Shown: one piece after another, positions 49,765 to 58,513 of the stretch | Position numbering within the stretch: position 1 is the stretch's first letter | How the letters are laid out: every line of letters starts with the position of its first letter | Assembly (NCBI GenBank): GCA_017992455.1 | Contig: JAGOOP010000004.1 | Location: 24,567 to 88,566 of the forward strand | Reading direction: 5' to 3' | Length of the DNA stretch: 64,000 nt | DNA from: Candidatus Omnitrophota bacterium | GTDB lineage: Bacteria > Omnitrophota > Gorgyraeia > Gygaellales > Profunditerraquicolaceae | The notes under the pieces: model-generated | The model's database searches: none | What the model saw: only the letters and a program-made list of their open reading frames with translations | What the model was told of the DNA's origin: nothing | Position numbers and translations under genes: made by a program

Positions 49765-49847
49765 ACGCTCCTCCTGTGTTGGCGTACAGACTGCATCACC
49801 GAGTATTTTCTCTTTTCAATCCGCCGTTTCTTTGATAGTATTATACC

Positions 49848-51533
49848 ATGATCTCAATGCTGACAATCAAAAATTTCGGGCTCATCGATTCCCTGTCGAT
49901 CGATCTCTCCAGAGGACTCACGGTCCTGACCGGCGAAACAGGCGCGGGCAAATCAATACTGATCGACGGCCTGCGCTTCTGCCTTGGCGAAAAGATCAGC
50001 GCCTCGGCGGTCAGGGACCCGAACGCGCCGTGCAGAGCCGAGCTCGTCATCGAAATTTCCTCCGGCCTCATACGCGAGTATCCGCCCCTCGAAGAGCTGA
50101 CTGCCGGAGAAGACCAGCTCATCATCAACCGCACCCTTTTGCCCGACGGCAAAACGAAGGCCAGGATCAACGGCCTCGCCGTAACGCTTGCCCAGCTGAA
50201 AGCTCTCGGGGACCATCTGATGGATTTCCACGGGCCCCATGACCACCAGATGATCCTTTCCCCAGAAGCTCATCGGGGGATCCTCGACCGGCTGTGCGCC
50301 ATGGATACGAACATGGCTGCCTATACGCAGATATACGAACAGTATATGCAACTCAAGCATGAACGGCAGCAGCTTGGGGAACTCGCTGCAACGCGCCGGC
50401 GGGATATCGAAATGCTCGAGCACCAGATCAAGGAGCTTTCAGCCGTGCCCCTTGACGAGGAACAGTACGATCTCCTTATTGAACAGCAGACAAAACTCAA
50501 CAACGCGGAGAAGCTCTATGAAGCCGCGCAGCAGATGCTTGCGGCGATCGAGCGCGACGATACGGGGGTGAGCGAAGGGCTGGCGTCCGCGTTCCCTCAT
50601 GCCAAGACATTGAACAGGATCGATCCGGCAACGGAACGGTTCACCAGGTCCCTGGCTGACATCCAGGATTCTGTCAGCGTGCTCGCGCAGGAATTGCGCG
50701 GATATCTGGACAGTCTCTCTTTTGAGCCTGAAGAAGCGGCGCAGATCAACCGGCGATGCGATCTTTATTACGATATCAAGCGCAAATACGGGCCGGAGAT
50801 CGCGCACGCGGCCGCATACCTGGAACAGACCAGGGAAAAATACGAGCGTATTGTTCACGCCGAGGAGAACACCCGCGCGCTCGACGAAAAAGCCGCCGCT
50901 GCCGAAATTGCGCTGCGACGATCGGCGGCAGTGCTGACAAAGCACCGGCTCAAGGCAGGCCAGGCCCTCAAGAGAACGATCGAGCAGGAACTGAAGGAAC
51001 TGGGCATACAACACGTAAAATTCGACTGCCGCATCGAAAAAAGCGGGTTCACTGCGGCCGGAGCGGACGCGGTCACGTTCTATATCAGCCCCAATAAAGG
51101 CGAGGACCTCAAGCCCCTGGCCGATATCGTCTCCTCGGGCGAGGCGGCGCGGCTCATGCTCGCTTTAAAAAAAGCGCTTATCGAAGCGGATCCCATCCCC
51201 GTGCTCATCTTCGACGAGATCGACGCGCAGATCGGCGGCAGGCTCGGCACGGTCATCGGCAAAAAGCTCAAGGAACTCTCCCGCAACAGGCAGGTCATCG
51301 CCATCACGCATCTGCCGCAGATCGCCTCGTTCGCCGATACCCACTTGAAGATCGTCAAAAAGGTCGCCGGGGAACGCACGGTCACGCACGTCGAGCGCCT
51401 GGATGCCGACGGAACTCTCAAAGAACTGGCGCAGATGATGTCGGGTGAGCGTGAAACGGGGATCGCGCTCGATCACGCGCGGGAACTGGTCAACATGGCG
51501 AAGCGGCAGCGTCACTCGGCGGGAGCGGTATAG
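49848..51533 (+). CDS. recN: DNA repair protein RecN
   Basis: LTIKNFGLI, Walker A GETGAGKS, SMC-like coiled coil, SGGE-type signature SSGEAARLMLAL; alternative start 49857. Confidence 0.9.
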   Translation: MISMLTIKNFGLIDSLSIDLSRGLTVLTGETGAGKSILIDGLRFCLGEKISASAVRDPNAPCRAELVIEISSGLIREYPPLEELTAGEDQLIINRTLLPDGKTKARINGLAVTLAQLKALGDHLMDFHGPHDHQMILSPEAHRGILDRLCAMDTNMAAYTQIYEQYMQLKHERQQLGELAATRRRDIEMLEHQIKELSAVPLDEEQYDLLIEQQTKLNNAEKLYEAAQQMLAAIERDDTGVSEGLASAFPHAKTLNRIDPATERFTRSLADIQDSVSVLAQELRGYLDSLSFEPEEAAQINRRCDLYYDIKRKYGPEIAHAAAYLEQTREKYERIVHAEENTRALDEKAAAAEIALRRSAAVLTKHRLKAGQALKRTIEQELKELGIQHVKFDCRIEKSGFTAAGADAVTFYISPNKGEDLKPLADIVSSGEAARLMLALKKALIEADPIPVLIFDEIDAQIGGRLGTVIGKKLKELSRNRQVIAITHLPQIASFADTHLKIVKKVAGERTVTHVERLDADGTLKELAQMMSGERETGIALDHARELVNMAKRQRHSAGAV

Positions 51534-52921
51534 ACGATGTTTATCCTGAGGTCCTGCGTGTTCGCGATCGCCTCTTTGCATGCGAGCGCGTTGTCGAGCG
51601 ACAGCCGCGCCTGGTCCTTATCCCCGCGGTAACTGTCGCTGACGCACACTTCGTTGAAATATTCGATCTTGTTCTCGATCACGGCCGGATCGGGCACGAT
51701 CCACCCCGCTTCGAACACCGCAGATCCCCCCTCGGCTTTTACCAGACCCAGAACGCATCCCATGCATTCGATATCATGCAGGAACAAGGGGTCGCGTGCC
51801 GTCATCGTTATCGAATCGTTTTCATGGCCGATAATGACGTACTCCGGCTTGACCTCTTTGACCGTGAACCTGATCACGGCACGGTCCTCTTCGCGGCCCT
51901 GCCGGGACATCTCCATGACGACCTCCTGATTCACCCGCGCCGTAAAGTTTACCGGCCCTGCCCCGATACAGCTCATGTCCGGGCTTGCGCGCACATCGGC
52001 GCGGACTGCATATGCGGCCGCGTCGATATCCAGATCGAAAACATACGGGCCCTTCGGATGCAGCGGCGTGGTGCCGATCGTGATCCTCGAATAGTCATAC
52101 AGCGCCGGCCCCGTATTCTTCAAAAGGCAGGCGTTGATATAGAGGTAATGCGCGGAATTGCCCTGCGACAGGAATAGATCTGTCTTGCGGCCGCAGAACC
52201 CGAGGGTAAAATCGCCGGATCTGAACGCGTAGAATTCTATCTTAAGCTTCAACCAGTCGATAAGGCCGTCGTTGTCCGCATCGATCTCCTGGATGCCGGT
52301 CACGCCGCGGCACACGGGCATGATCGGTTTATTCCGGTCGGAAAGTCCGGCATCCTGTTCAAGCCTTTGGCCGAACGAATACAGATACTGCCAGAGGATC
52401 TCCCGGGCCCTGGTGTTGCGGCTGTTATACAGGCGGATCGTTTTTTTCCGGTCATCCACACGGATCGATATCCTGAATTCCGCGGATGCCGGATCGTCGG
52501 GCTCCTGATCAGGCAGCGCATCAAGGCCGTGCTCGAACAGGAACTGCCCCATCCAGTATAATTCTTCGGGCAGGACCGATATTTTTTCCAGCGTATCACG
52601 CATCTGGATCGTTGCCGCGCCGTCGCCGGACAGGGTATACGCCATCAGGTCCTCGACGGCATGCTTGCCCAGAGGGGTATTCAGGAATGAAATTTTCAGG
52701 TTTTTGTCGCGGGGGTTCCTGTTCAGGCGGGTTTTCAGTTCAAGGGCGAGCGTTCGCCAGAAAACAGTCTCTTTTTCGGGTTCTGCCGCTTCCTGGTCCT
52801 GCGGCCAGTACAGGATCTGCTCCTGCGCGGCGCAAAGCCCTGCACAAAGAAAAAAAACGGATACGCCTGCAGAAAAACGTCTCACGAACAGCGCGTGCCT
52901 CGCAGGCCCATCCGTTACCAT
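51512..52921 (-). CDS. hypothetical secreted protein
   Basis: 469 aa, signal-like VSVFFLCAGLCAAQE; no recognised motif; 3' end overlaps recN 3' end by 22 nt. Confidence 0.5.
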   Translation of the reverse strand: MVTDGPARHALFVRRFSAGVSVFFLCAGLCAAQEQILYWPQDQEAAEPEKETVFWRTLALELKTRLNRNPRDKNLKISFLNTPLGKHAVEDLMAYTLSGDGAATIQMRDTLEKISVLPEELYWMGQFLFEHGLDALPDQEPDDPASAEFRISIRVDDRKKTIRLYNSRNTRAREILWQYLYSFGQRLEQDAGLSDRNKPIMPVCRGVTGIQEIDADNDGLIDWLKLKIEFYAFRSGDFTLGFCGRKTDLFLSQGNSAHYLYINACLLKNTGPALYDYSRITIGTTPLHPKGPYVFDLDIDAAAYAVRADVRASPDMSCIGAGPVNFTARVNQEVVMEMSRQGREEDRAVIRFTVKEVKPEYVIIGHENDSITMTARDPLFLHDIECMGCVLGLVKAEGGSAVFEAGWIVPDPAVIENKIEYFNEVCVSDSYRGDKDQARLSLDNALACKEAIANTQDLRINIVYTAPAE

Positions 52922-53358
52922 AAGACAATACTCCCGGTAAAATCTACCGGCTGTAATTTTGCTACCGCCTCTTCGATCCTGCGCTGATCTGTCATCAACG
53001 CAACGGGCAGGTCTTTGCCTGCCATGCTCATCTTCATGAAATGATACGGAATATCGGCCGCTTCCATCGCCTTTGCAGCAGCCTCGCGGTCCTCATCCGT
53101 ATCGATGACCATGATCTCGACGAACGTCTCGGGCAGTTCCTCCGCACCCGGAACCTGCGCAGCCGGATTGCCGTCGTCTTCGCGTTCCATCTCCGGGGCC
53201 GCGTTGAGCGCTATGCCGCGGCGCCGCGCTTCCTCCTCCAACAAGGCGTAGGCTCCCTCAACGAAAGCGTCAGGCCCGTCCCCGAGCAATTCGAGGACCT
53301 GCGCGTCGGCGTACTCTTCATAAAGTTTTTGCAACTTGGCCCGTTCATTCTGATCCAT
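52915..53358 (-). CDS. hypothetical acidic cytoplasmic protein
   Basis: 147 aa; coding-like composition, overlaps neighbours by 7 and 14 nt. Confidence 0.5.
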   Translation of the reverse strand: MDQNERAKLQKLYEEYADAQVLELLGDGPDAFVEGAYALLEEEARRRGIALNAAPEMEREDDGNPAAQVPGAEELPETFVEIMVIDTDEDREAAAKAMEAADIPYHFMKMSMAGKDLPVALMTDQRRIEEAVAKLQPVDFTGSIVLW

Positions 53359-54040
53359 GGTCAGCCTCCGCGCTTTTCAACGGGTCCAGCCGCTCGATAG
53401 ACGCGCTCAAGGCTTCGATGCGCTGCAGCATCTGCCGCTGGAGCTCTTTCAAAGCGGCGATCTCCTCTTCGAGAGCCAGAAGCCTCCGCGCAATGAACTC
53501 ATCCGGCGGCTCAAGCACAAGCTGCGATCCCCGCTGCGTGACCCTGGTCCCCCGGGCAACGTATACGGAATGCTCCCCGACCTTGATGAGCTCCATGCCG
53601 GAAGGGACCTGTGTTTCGTTCGCGTCTTGGGCATACGCGCCCGCGCCGCCCAGACACAGGACGAACAGAACAAAGCCGGCGATCAATCTCCGGATCTGCG
53701 CCAGAAGATGCTCAAGATCGAACGGCTTGGGTATATACGCATCCGCTCCCAATACTCTGCCGACGACATGATCGGCATCGGAATCCTTTGCCGTCAGCAT
53801 GATCACGGGCGTGTTCTCGGTGTCCGGCTGTTTTTTGAGATCCCTGCATATCTGTTCGCCGGGAACATCCGGCAACACAAGGTCCAGAAGGATGATATCT
53901 GGCCTGCATGCGGCCGCTTTCAAAGATCCTCCTTTGCCGTCATGCGCGATAACGACGTCGAATCCTTCTTTCTGGAGCGCCTCTTCCAGGACCTGGCACA
54001 AAAGAAGGCTGTCCTCGATGATCAGTATCTTATTTCCCAT
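53345..54040 (-). CDS. receiver (REC) domain protein with C-terminal TM anchor and extracytoplasmic coiled-coil tail
   Basis: ORF 53345..54262 trimmed to ATG 54040. REC motifs: ILIIEDS, ILLDLVLPDV, IMLTAKD, YIPKPF. Then LIAGFVLFVLCLGGAGAYA and a ~90-aa tail; no DNA-binding or enzymatic output domain. Confidence 0.75.
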   Translation of the reverse strand: MGNKILIIEDSLLLCQVLEEALQKEGFDVVIAHDGKGGSLKAAACRPDIILLDLVLPDVPGEQICRDLKKQPDTENTPVIMLTAKDSDADHVVGRVLGADAYIPKPFDLEHLLAQIRRLIAGFVLFVLCLGGAGAYAQDANETQVPSGMELIKVGEHSVYVARGTRVTQRGSQLVLEPPDEFIARRLLALEEEIAALKELQRQMLQRIEALSASIERLDPLKSAEADHGSE

Positions 54041-54044
54041 ACCG

Positions 54045-54839
54045 TTATTGTATATGTTCCAGAGGGAGATGTAAACTTTTTTCTCTGTTGCCGGGGATAT
54101 GGCAATGCGCGTCTTTGCGCAGGCTGTGCGGGACTTCCAGGCCGTGGGATTCAAGCAGCCGTTTATCGGAAAGAACCTCGGCCACGCCGCCCTGGGCGAC
54201 GATCGTGCCGCGGTCGAGCACGGCGACGGAATCGCACAGCTCGATGACGAATTCCAGGTCATGGGTAGCGATGACCTTGGTGACCGGCAGTTCCTTCAGA
54301 AGCTCGATCAGGCCCCGGCGGTGCTTGGGATCGAGATTGCTCGTGGGCTCGTCGAGCACGAGGATCTCTGGATTCATGGAAAGGACCGTTGCGAGGGAAA
54401 TTCGCTTTTTCTCGCCGAAGCTCAAATGATGGGACGAGCGTTTCATGGCAGGGAGCATATCGACAAGCTCCAGCGCCCTGATCACCGCATCCCGCGCCGC
54501 GTGGCCGGGCAGCCGCATGTTGAGCGGCCCGAACGCGACGTCGTCGAAGACCGTGGGCATGAACAGCTGCGCGTCGGGGTCCTGGAACACCAGTCCCACT
54601 TTGCCGCGGATAAGCGCCAGGTCCCTGTCGCTGACCCGGGTGCCGCATATCCTCACCGACCCTTCCTGTTTGAGGATACCGTTGAGATGGAGCAGCAGCG
54701 TTGACTTGCCCGCGCCGTTGGGGCCGATAAGCCCGAGCGTCTGTCCGCGGGCAACGGAAAGGTCCACCCCTGCCAGGGCCGGAGTCCCGTCCGGATACGT
54801 GAAGCGGACATCCTGTAACTCAACAATGGGCTGTTCCAT
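54045..54839 (-). CDS. ECF-type Ni/Co transporter ATPase (CbiO/NikO)
   Basis: Walker A GPNGAGKST, signature LSFGEKKRISLA, Walker B LVLDEPT. Confidence 0.85.
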   Translation of the reverse strand: MEQPIVELQDVRFTYPDGTPALAGVDLSVARGQTLGLIGPNGAGKSTLLLHLNGILKQEGSVRICGTRVSDRDLALIRGKVGLVFQDPDAQLFMPTVFDDVAFGPLNMRLPGHAARDAVIRALELVDMLPAMKRSSHHLSFGEKKRISLATVLSMNPEILVLDEPTSNLDPKHRRGLIELLKELPVTKVIATHDLEFVIELCDSVAVLDRGTIVAQGGVAEVLSDKRLLESHGLEVPHSLRKDAHCHIPGNREKSLHLPLEHIQ

Positions 54840-54846
54840 ATTCCTC

Positions 54847-55617
54847 TTATACTCCGCTGAACCTGATCAGGATCAGGATAATGAACACGAATGCGCAGAA
54901 ATACACGTCGTTGCGGGTCATGCGCCAGTCGTGCATGGCCCGGACCGGCCCTGTGTAGCCGCGGCAGCACATAGCCAGATACACGGTCTCGGCTTTTTCA
55001 TACGACCGGATGAACAGCACTCCGACGATATTGGCCAGGGTCCTGATCTGCCCCCATCCGCCTTCCCGCGCACAACGCGACGCCCGCGCGACTTGCATCT
55101 TCTCCAGCTCATCCTCGATGACGAACAGGTACCGGTACATGAACGAAACGATCATGACCAGAAGGCGCGGCATGCGCAGCCGCTCGAATCCCTTGAGCAG
55201 ATCGACGAAATCAGTGGTATTGACAAGAAGGATGCTGCATACGATCGACAGATACGCCTTCACCAGCACGTTCCACATGAGCAAAAGCCCGGTGTGCGTG
55301 ACCGCAAGGCGCGCGGGCCCGATGTTCAAAGAGAATACTGCGACCCCGGACCGGTAGAACGGGATGAAAAGCGCGATACAGAACACGATCGGCATCATCT
55401 CAAAGGATCTCTTCATGACGAACAAAGGCGGGACGCGCGATATCGCAACCAGGCAGGACAGCACGAAGAAATACAGCACGAACGACCGCATATGCTCCGG
55501 AGGGGTCAGCACGACGAATACGATGCATGCGAACAAAGCGATGATCTTGGCGACCGGGTCCCTGCGGTGCAGGATGCTGTCCAGACGGCTGTACTCGTCG
55601 AGGAATGCGTGTTTCAC
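54847..55617 (-). CDS. ECF-type Ni/Co transporter transmembrane component (CbiQ/NikQ)
   Basis: 256-aa polytopic protein between PDGLE protein and ATPase. Confidence 0.75.
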   Translation of the reverse strand: MKHAFLDEYSRLDSILHRRDPVAKIIALFACIVFVVLTPPEHMRSFVLYFFVLSCLVAISRVPPLFVMKRSFEMMPIVFCIALFIPFYRSGVAVFSLNIGPARLAVTHTGLLLMWNVLVKAYLSIVCSILLVNTTDFVDLLKGFERLRMPRLLVMIVSFMYRYLFVIEDELEKMQVARASRCAREGGWGQIRTLANIVGVLFIRSYEKAETVYLAMCCRGYTGPVRAMHDWRMTRNDVYFCAFVFIILILIRFSGV

Positions 55618-55907
55618 GCGGTCCCTTTCTTCTTTAACAAAGCCCCGAACCCGCAGGCTGCGCCGAACACGAGCAGCGTGCCCGCGACGCCTGCCGCGGA
55701 CGTGGCGAGCTTTTCGCTTTTGACACCGGGCCAGGAATAATCGGGCACGGGAGAAGCGACAACAGGTTCGGCCTCGCCTTTTTCCAGAAAGCCTTTATCC
55801 TCGGCAACGCGCTCAAGGCCGTCGGGAAACGACGACGCGAACGGGGAAAGCGCCATGGCCAGGAAAAGCGCCGCGAGCAGACCGAACAGGATCTCCTTTT
55901 TATTCAC
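55614..55907 (-). CDS. PDGLE-domain small membrane protein (CbiN/NikN-position component)
   Basis: 97 aa; literal FPDGLE motif, TM helices at both ends. Confidence 0.7.
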   Translation of the reverse strand: MNKKEILFGLLAALFLAMALSPFASSFPDGLERVAEDKGFLEKGEAEPVVASPVPDYSWPGVKSEKLATSAAGVAGTLLVFGAACGFGALLKKKGTA

Positions 55908-56538
55908 GGGAACCCTCCTTATATATAAGGTCAGGCCGCACCTTGAGCACGAACGAGTACACCAGGCACGTAATGACCGCCTCTCCTATTCCGATCAGCG
56001 CATGGACGCCGAGCATCGCAGGTAACACGGCCTTGAGCGGAGAGGTCCCTGAAACGGCAAGCTGCAGCGAGCATACGCTTGAGGCCAGGATCACGGACAG
56101 CCATGACGCAACGGCCACAGCCGCGATACGTCCCGGCTTGCCGAACATGGCTTTGCAGAGCCGGTAGATATAATATCCGCCCATTGCCCCCACAAAGGAC
56201 ATATTGAAGATGTTCGCGCCGAGCGCGGTCAGCCCTCCGTCCTGAAAGATCAGACATTGTACCATAAGCACGACCGCTATGACAATAGCTCCCGCGCACG
56301 GCCCCAGGAAGACCGCTGCAAGGACCCCGCCGAGGAAATGGCCCGAGGTCCCGCCGGCAACGGGAAAGTTGAGCATCTGCGCCGCAAAAACGAACGCGGA
56401 CATGACGCCCATCAGAGGCACGACCTTCTCTTTCATCTGCCGCGATGCCTGGCGGATACATGCGCCCAGGCCTCCTGCCGATACTGCCCAGGCCGTTGCC
56501 CAGGTGCCGGCGCTTAAGAACCCGTCCGGAATATGCAT
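55900..56538 (-). CDS. Ni/Co transporter substrate-capture subunit (CbiM/NikM)
   Basis: MHIPDGFL N-terminus diagnostic of CbiM/NikM. Confidence 0.85.
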   Translation of the reverse strand: MHIPDGFLSAGTWATAWAVSAGGLGACIRQASRQMKEKVVPLMGVMSAFVFAAQMLNFPVAGGTSGHFLGGVLAAVFLGPCAGAIVIAVVLMVQCLIFQDGGLTALGANIFNMSFVGAMGGYYIYRLCKAMFGKPGRIAAVAVASWLSVILASSVCSLQLAVSGTSPLKAVLPAMLGVHALIGIGEAVITCLVYSFVLKVRPDLIYKEGSRE

Positions 56539-56553
56539 GAAGCCTCCTTTTAT

Positions 56554-57864
56554 TTAATACTCCACCTGTCCACGCAGGCCGCACACCACAATAGTGCCGT
56601 CGCCGTTGGCCGCATCCTTGCCGTACGGCCGCCAGATCATCTGCAGGTCAGGGCTGATCCGGAGATGATCGTTGACCTTGCAGTTGTAATACCATTCCAG
56701 GTGCGATTCGGTCCGTGCAAGCAGGCCGTTGGCGTTGCGGTATTTATCGGACGGCGTGATCTGGCCGAAACCGATACCCGTCACATCATCCGGCCTTCCC
56801 CACAAAGCTCCTTTGGCCTGCGGCCCGAAGCTCCAGGACCGTTCGAGGGAAAAATCGCTGCCGTTAAGATACACATCGGGGTTCTGCCAGCCGTAGCGGG
56901 CAAAAACGCCGAAAATATCCGTCAGCTCCTGGTCGAGGCTGATGCCCCAGCCATAGCTGTTCTCCTTATCCCTGGCCGCATCCGTCCATTTCGTATGGTT
57001 ATCGCCGCTGCGCCAGGCGACAAAGCGGTAATTCCCGCCTCTCGCGAACAACTGCGGCTTGAAATTGATCTGGCTTGCGAGGAACAGGGAATCGAACACA
57101 TCGTTCCACCCTGCCTTGCTGTCAGAGGCAAATAACTCGATATCGAGAAGATCCGACGGAGCCAGAGAGAAACGCGCCCCTGCCCCGTTACTCGAGGGAA
57201 ATTCTATGACGGGAGAATTGCCGAATATCAGGGACATGAACTGCGAGGTATCCATGTTCGCGTATTCATTGGTATCGATATAATTGGTCGCATCGAGTTT
57301 GCCGAATGTCACGGTCAGAGGCAGGCTTTTAAAATACTGCTCATACCATGCCTCGGGCATATAGACGCTGGAGTTATCACACGCGTTGTTATTGACATTG
57401 CCGTAAAGCTGCAGGGCCCGGTCCGCGCCTGCGCCGGGCGCGGATTTGAACTGGACATATGCGAAGCCATAATCCTCGAATTCCTTTTCAAAAGATATCT
57501 TTGCGGTCATGGACGCATCGGTCGCGTCCTCGCGCGCCGACAACTGGTTTGCGCCGTTGGCGTTGCGCACTGCCTGGACGATCGTGGTCGATTCGAAACC
57601 GATCATGATCCCCTCGAGCGCTTGTTCGCCTGCCGCAGGGACCTGTGCCGCCGACAATGCCGGCGCCTGTTCCGGTGCCGAGAGCCGGCGCTCCAAAGAT
57701 TCGATCCGCTGCTGCTGCGCCTGGACCGTCCTCCTCAATCCCCGGATCTCCGCGAGCAATTCCTCATTGGTCACCGGATCAGCCCAGACCAGGGCCGGAG
57801 ATAAAAAATATATTCCGGCAATGAAGCCGCACGACCATTTTCCTGCTGCTATGCGCCGTAACAC
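56554..57864 (-). CDS. putative outer-membrane porin with N-terminal coiled coil (OprB-like)
   Basis: Signal peptide, coiled coil EELLAEIRGLRRTVQAQQQRIESLERRL, alternating beta-strand pattern, C-terminal aromatic (VEY). Confidence 0.5.
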   Translation of the reverse strand: MLRRIAAGKWSCGFIAGIYFLSPALVWADPVTNEELLAEIRGLRRTVQAQQQRIESLERRLSAPEQAPALSAAQVPAAGEQALEGIMIGFESTTIVQAVRNANGANQLSAREDATDASMTAKISFEKEFEDYGFAYVQFKSAPGAGADRALQLYGNVNNNACDNSSVYMPEAWYEQYFKSLPLTVTFGKLDATNYIDTNEYANMDTSQFMSLIFGNSPVIEFPSSNGAGARFSLAPSDLLDIELFASDSKAGWNDVFDSLFLASQINFKPQLFARGGNYRFVAWRSGDNHTKWTDAARDKENSYGWGISLDQELTDIFGVFARYGWQNPDVYLNGSDFSLERSWSFGPQAKGALWGRPDDVTGIGFGQITPSDKYRNANGLLARTESHLEWYYNCKVNDHLRISPDLQMIWRPYGKDAANGDGTIVVCGLRGQVEY

Positions 57865-57931
57865 AACGCCCTCCCGCTGTTCACACGACTAAAAAAATCG
57901 TGTTACTGCTCGACAAAAAAATATCACCGTT

Positions 57932-58348
57932 CTACGCCAGATCCTTCCCCGTGGTCGCCATGCTCAATGTGCCGAACTTGACGCCCTTGGTTCCGCGCAT
58001 TTTATCGGAAAGCTCCTGTATCTTGTCAGGCTTGCCCTTGACCGCGATGATCTCAAGGCAGTTATGATGGTCGATATGGATATGCTGGCTTGCGAATATG
58101 ACCCCGCCGAAATCATGCTGGAGGTCTGTGAGGGTGGTGACGAGCTCGCGCTTGTGGTGGTCGTACACGAGGGTGATCGCGCCGACAACTTCCTCTTTCG
58201 AGGACCATTCGTCCTTGACGAGCTCGGCGCGGATGAGGTCGCGCAGCGCCTCGGACCTGTTGCCGTAGCCTTTGGCTCCGAGCAAACGGTCCCACTGCTG
58301 TAAAAGGCTTTTCTCAAGCGATACCCCGAACCGCACGAGCGACGACAT
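57932..58348 (-). CDS. nikR: nickel-responsive regulator NikR
   Basis: Ribbon-helix-helix VRFGVSLEKSLL; C-terminal His/Cys site VYDHHKRE...HIHIDHHNCLE. Confidence 0.85.
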   Translation of the reverse strand: MSSLVRFGVSLEKSLLQQWDRLLGAKGYGNRSEALRDLIRAELVKDEWSSKEEVVGAITLVYDHHKRELVTTLTDLQHDFGGVIFASQHIHIDHHNCLEIIAVKGKPDKIQELSDKMRGTKGVKFGTLSMATTGKDLA

Positions 58349-58375
58349 ATTCCCCTCAGTGTTATGAATATAATT

Positions 58376-58403
58376 ATTGTAGCACTAAACAAATCCTTGT
58401 CAA
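58376..58403 (-). promoter_or_regulatory. sigma70 promoter for nikR operon (TTGACA-16-TACAAT)
   Basis: Reverse strand TTGACA (58403-58398) aggatttgtttagtgc TACAAT (58381-58376). Confidence 0.55.
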
Positions 58404-58412
58404 GCTGATAAA

Positions 58413-58497
58413 GGGCTCAAAAACGGGGTCAGAATTATTTATTTGCCGAGAGCCGGGTAGGCAGCAAATAAATAATTCTGACCCCGTTTTTGAGCCC
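58413..58497. repeat. family-1 palindromic repeat, complete copy (34-bp perfect arms, 17-nt loop)
   Basis: GGGCTCAAAAACGGGGTCAGAATTATTTATTTGC (58413-58446) / exact reverse complement 58464-58497; between ccsA stop and nikR promoter. Confidence 0.9.
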
Positions 58498-58513
58498 CGT
58501 TTTCAGCACTTTG

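Noticed and set aside
57880-57905. Hairpin ACACGA-N9-TCGTGT between nikR and the porin gene as an attenuator.
   Set aside because: The stem is only 6 bp, the loop is an A run, and no U tract follows on the transcribed strand.
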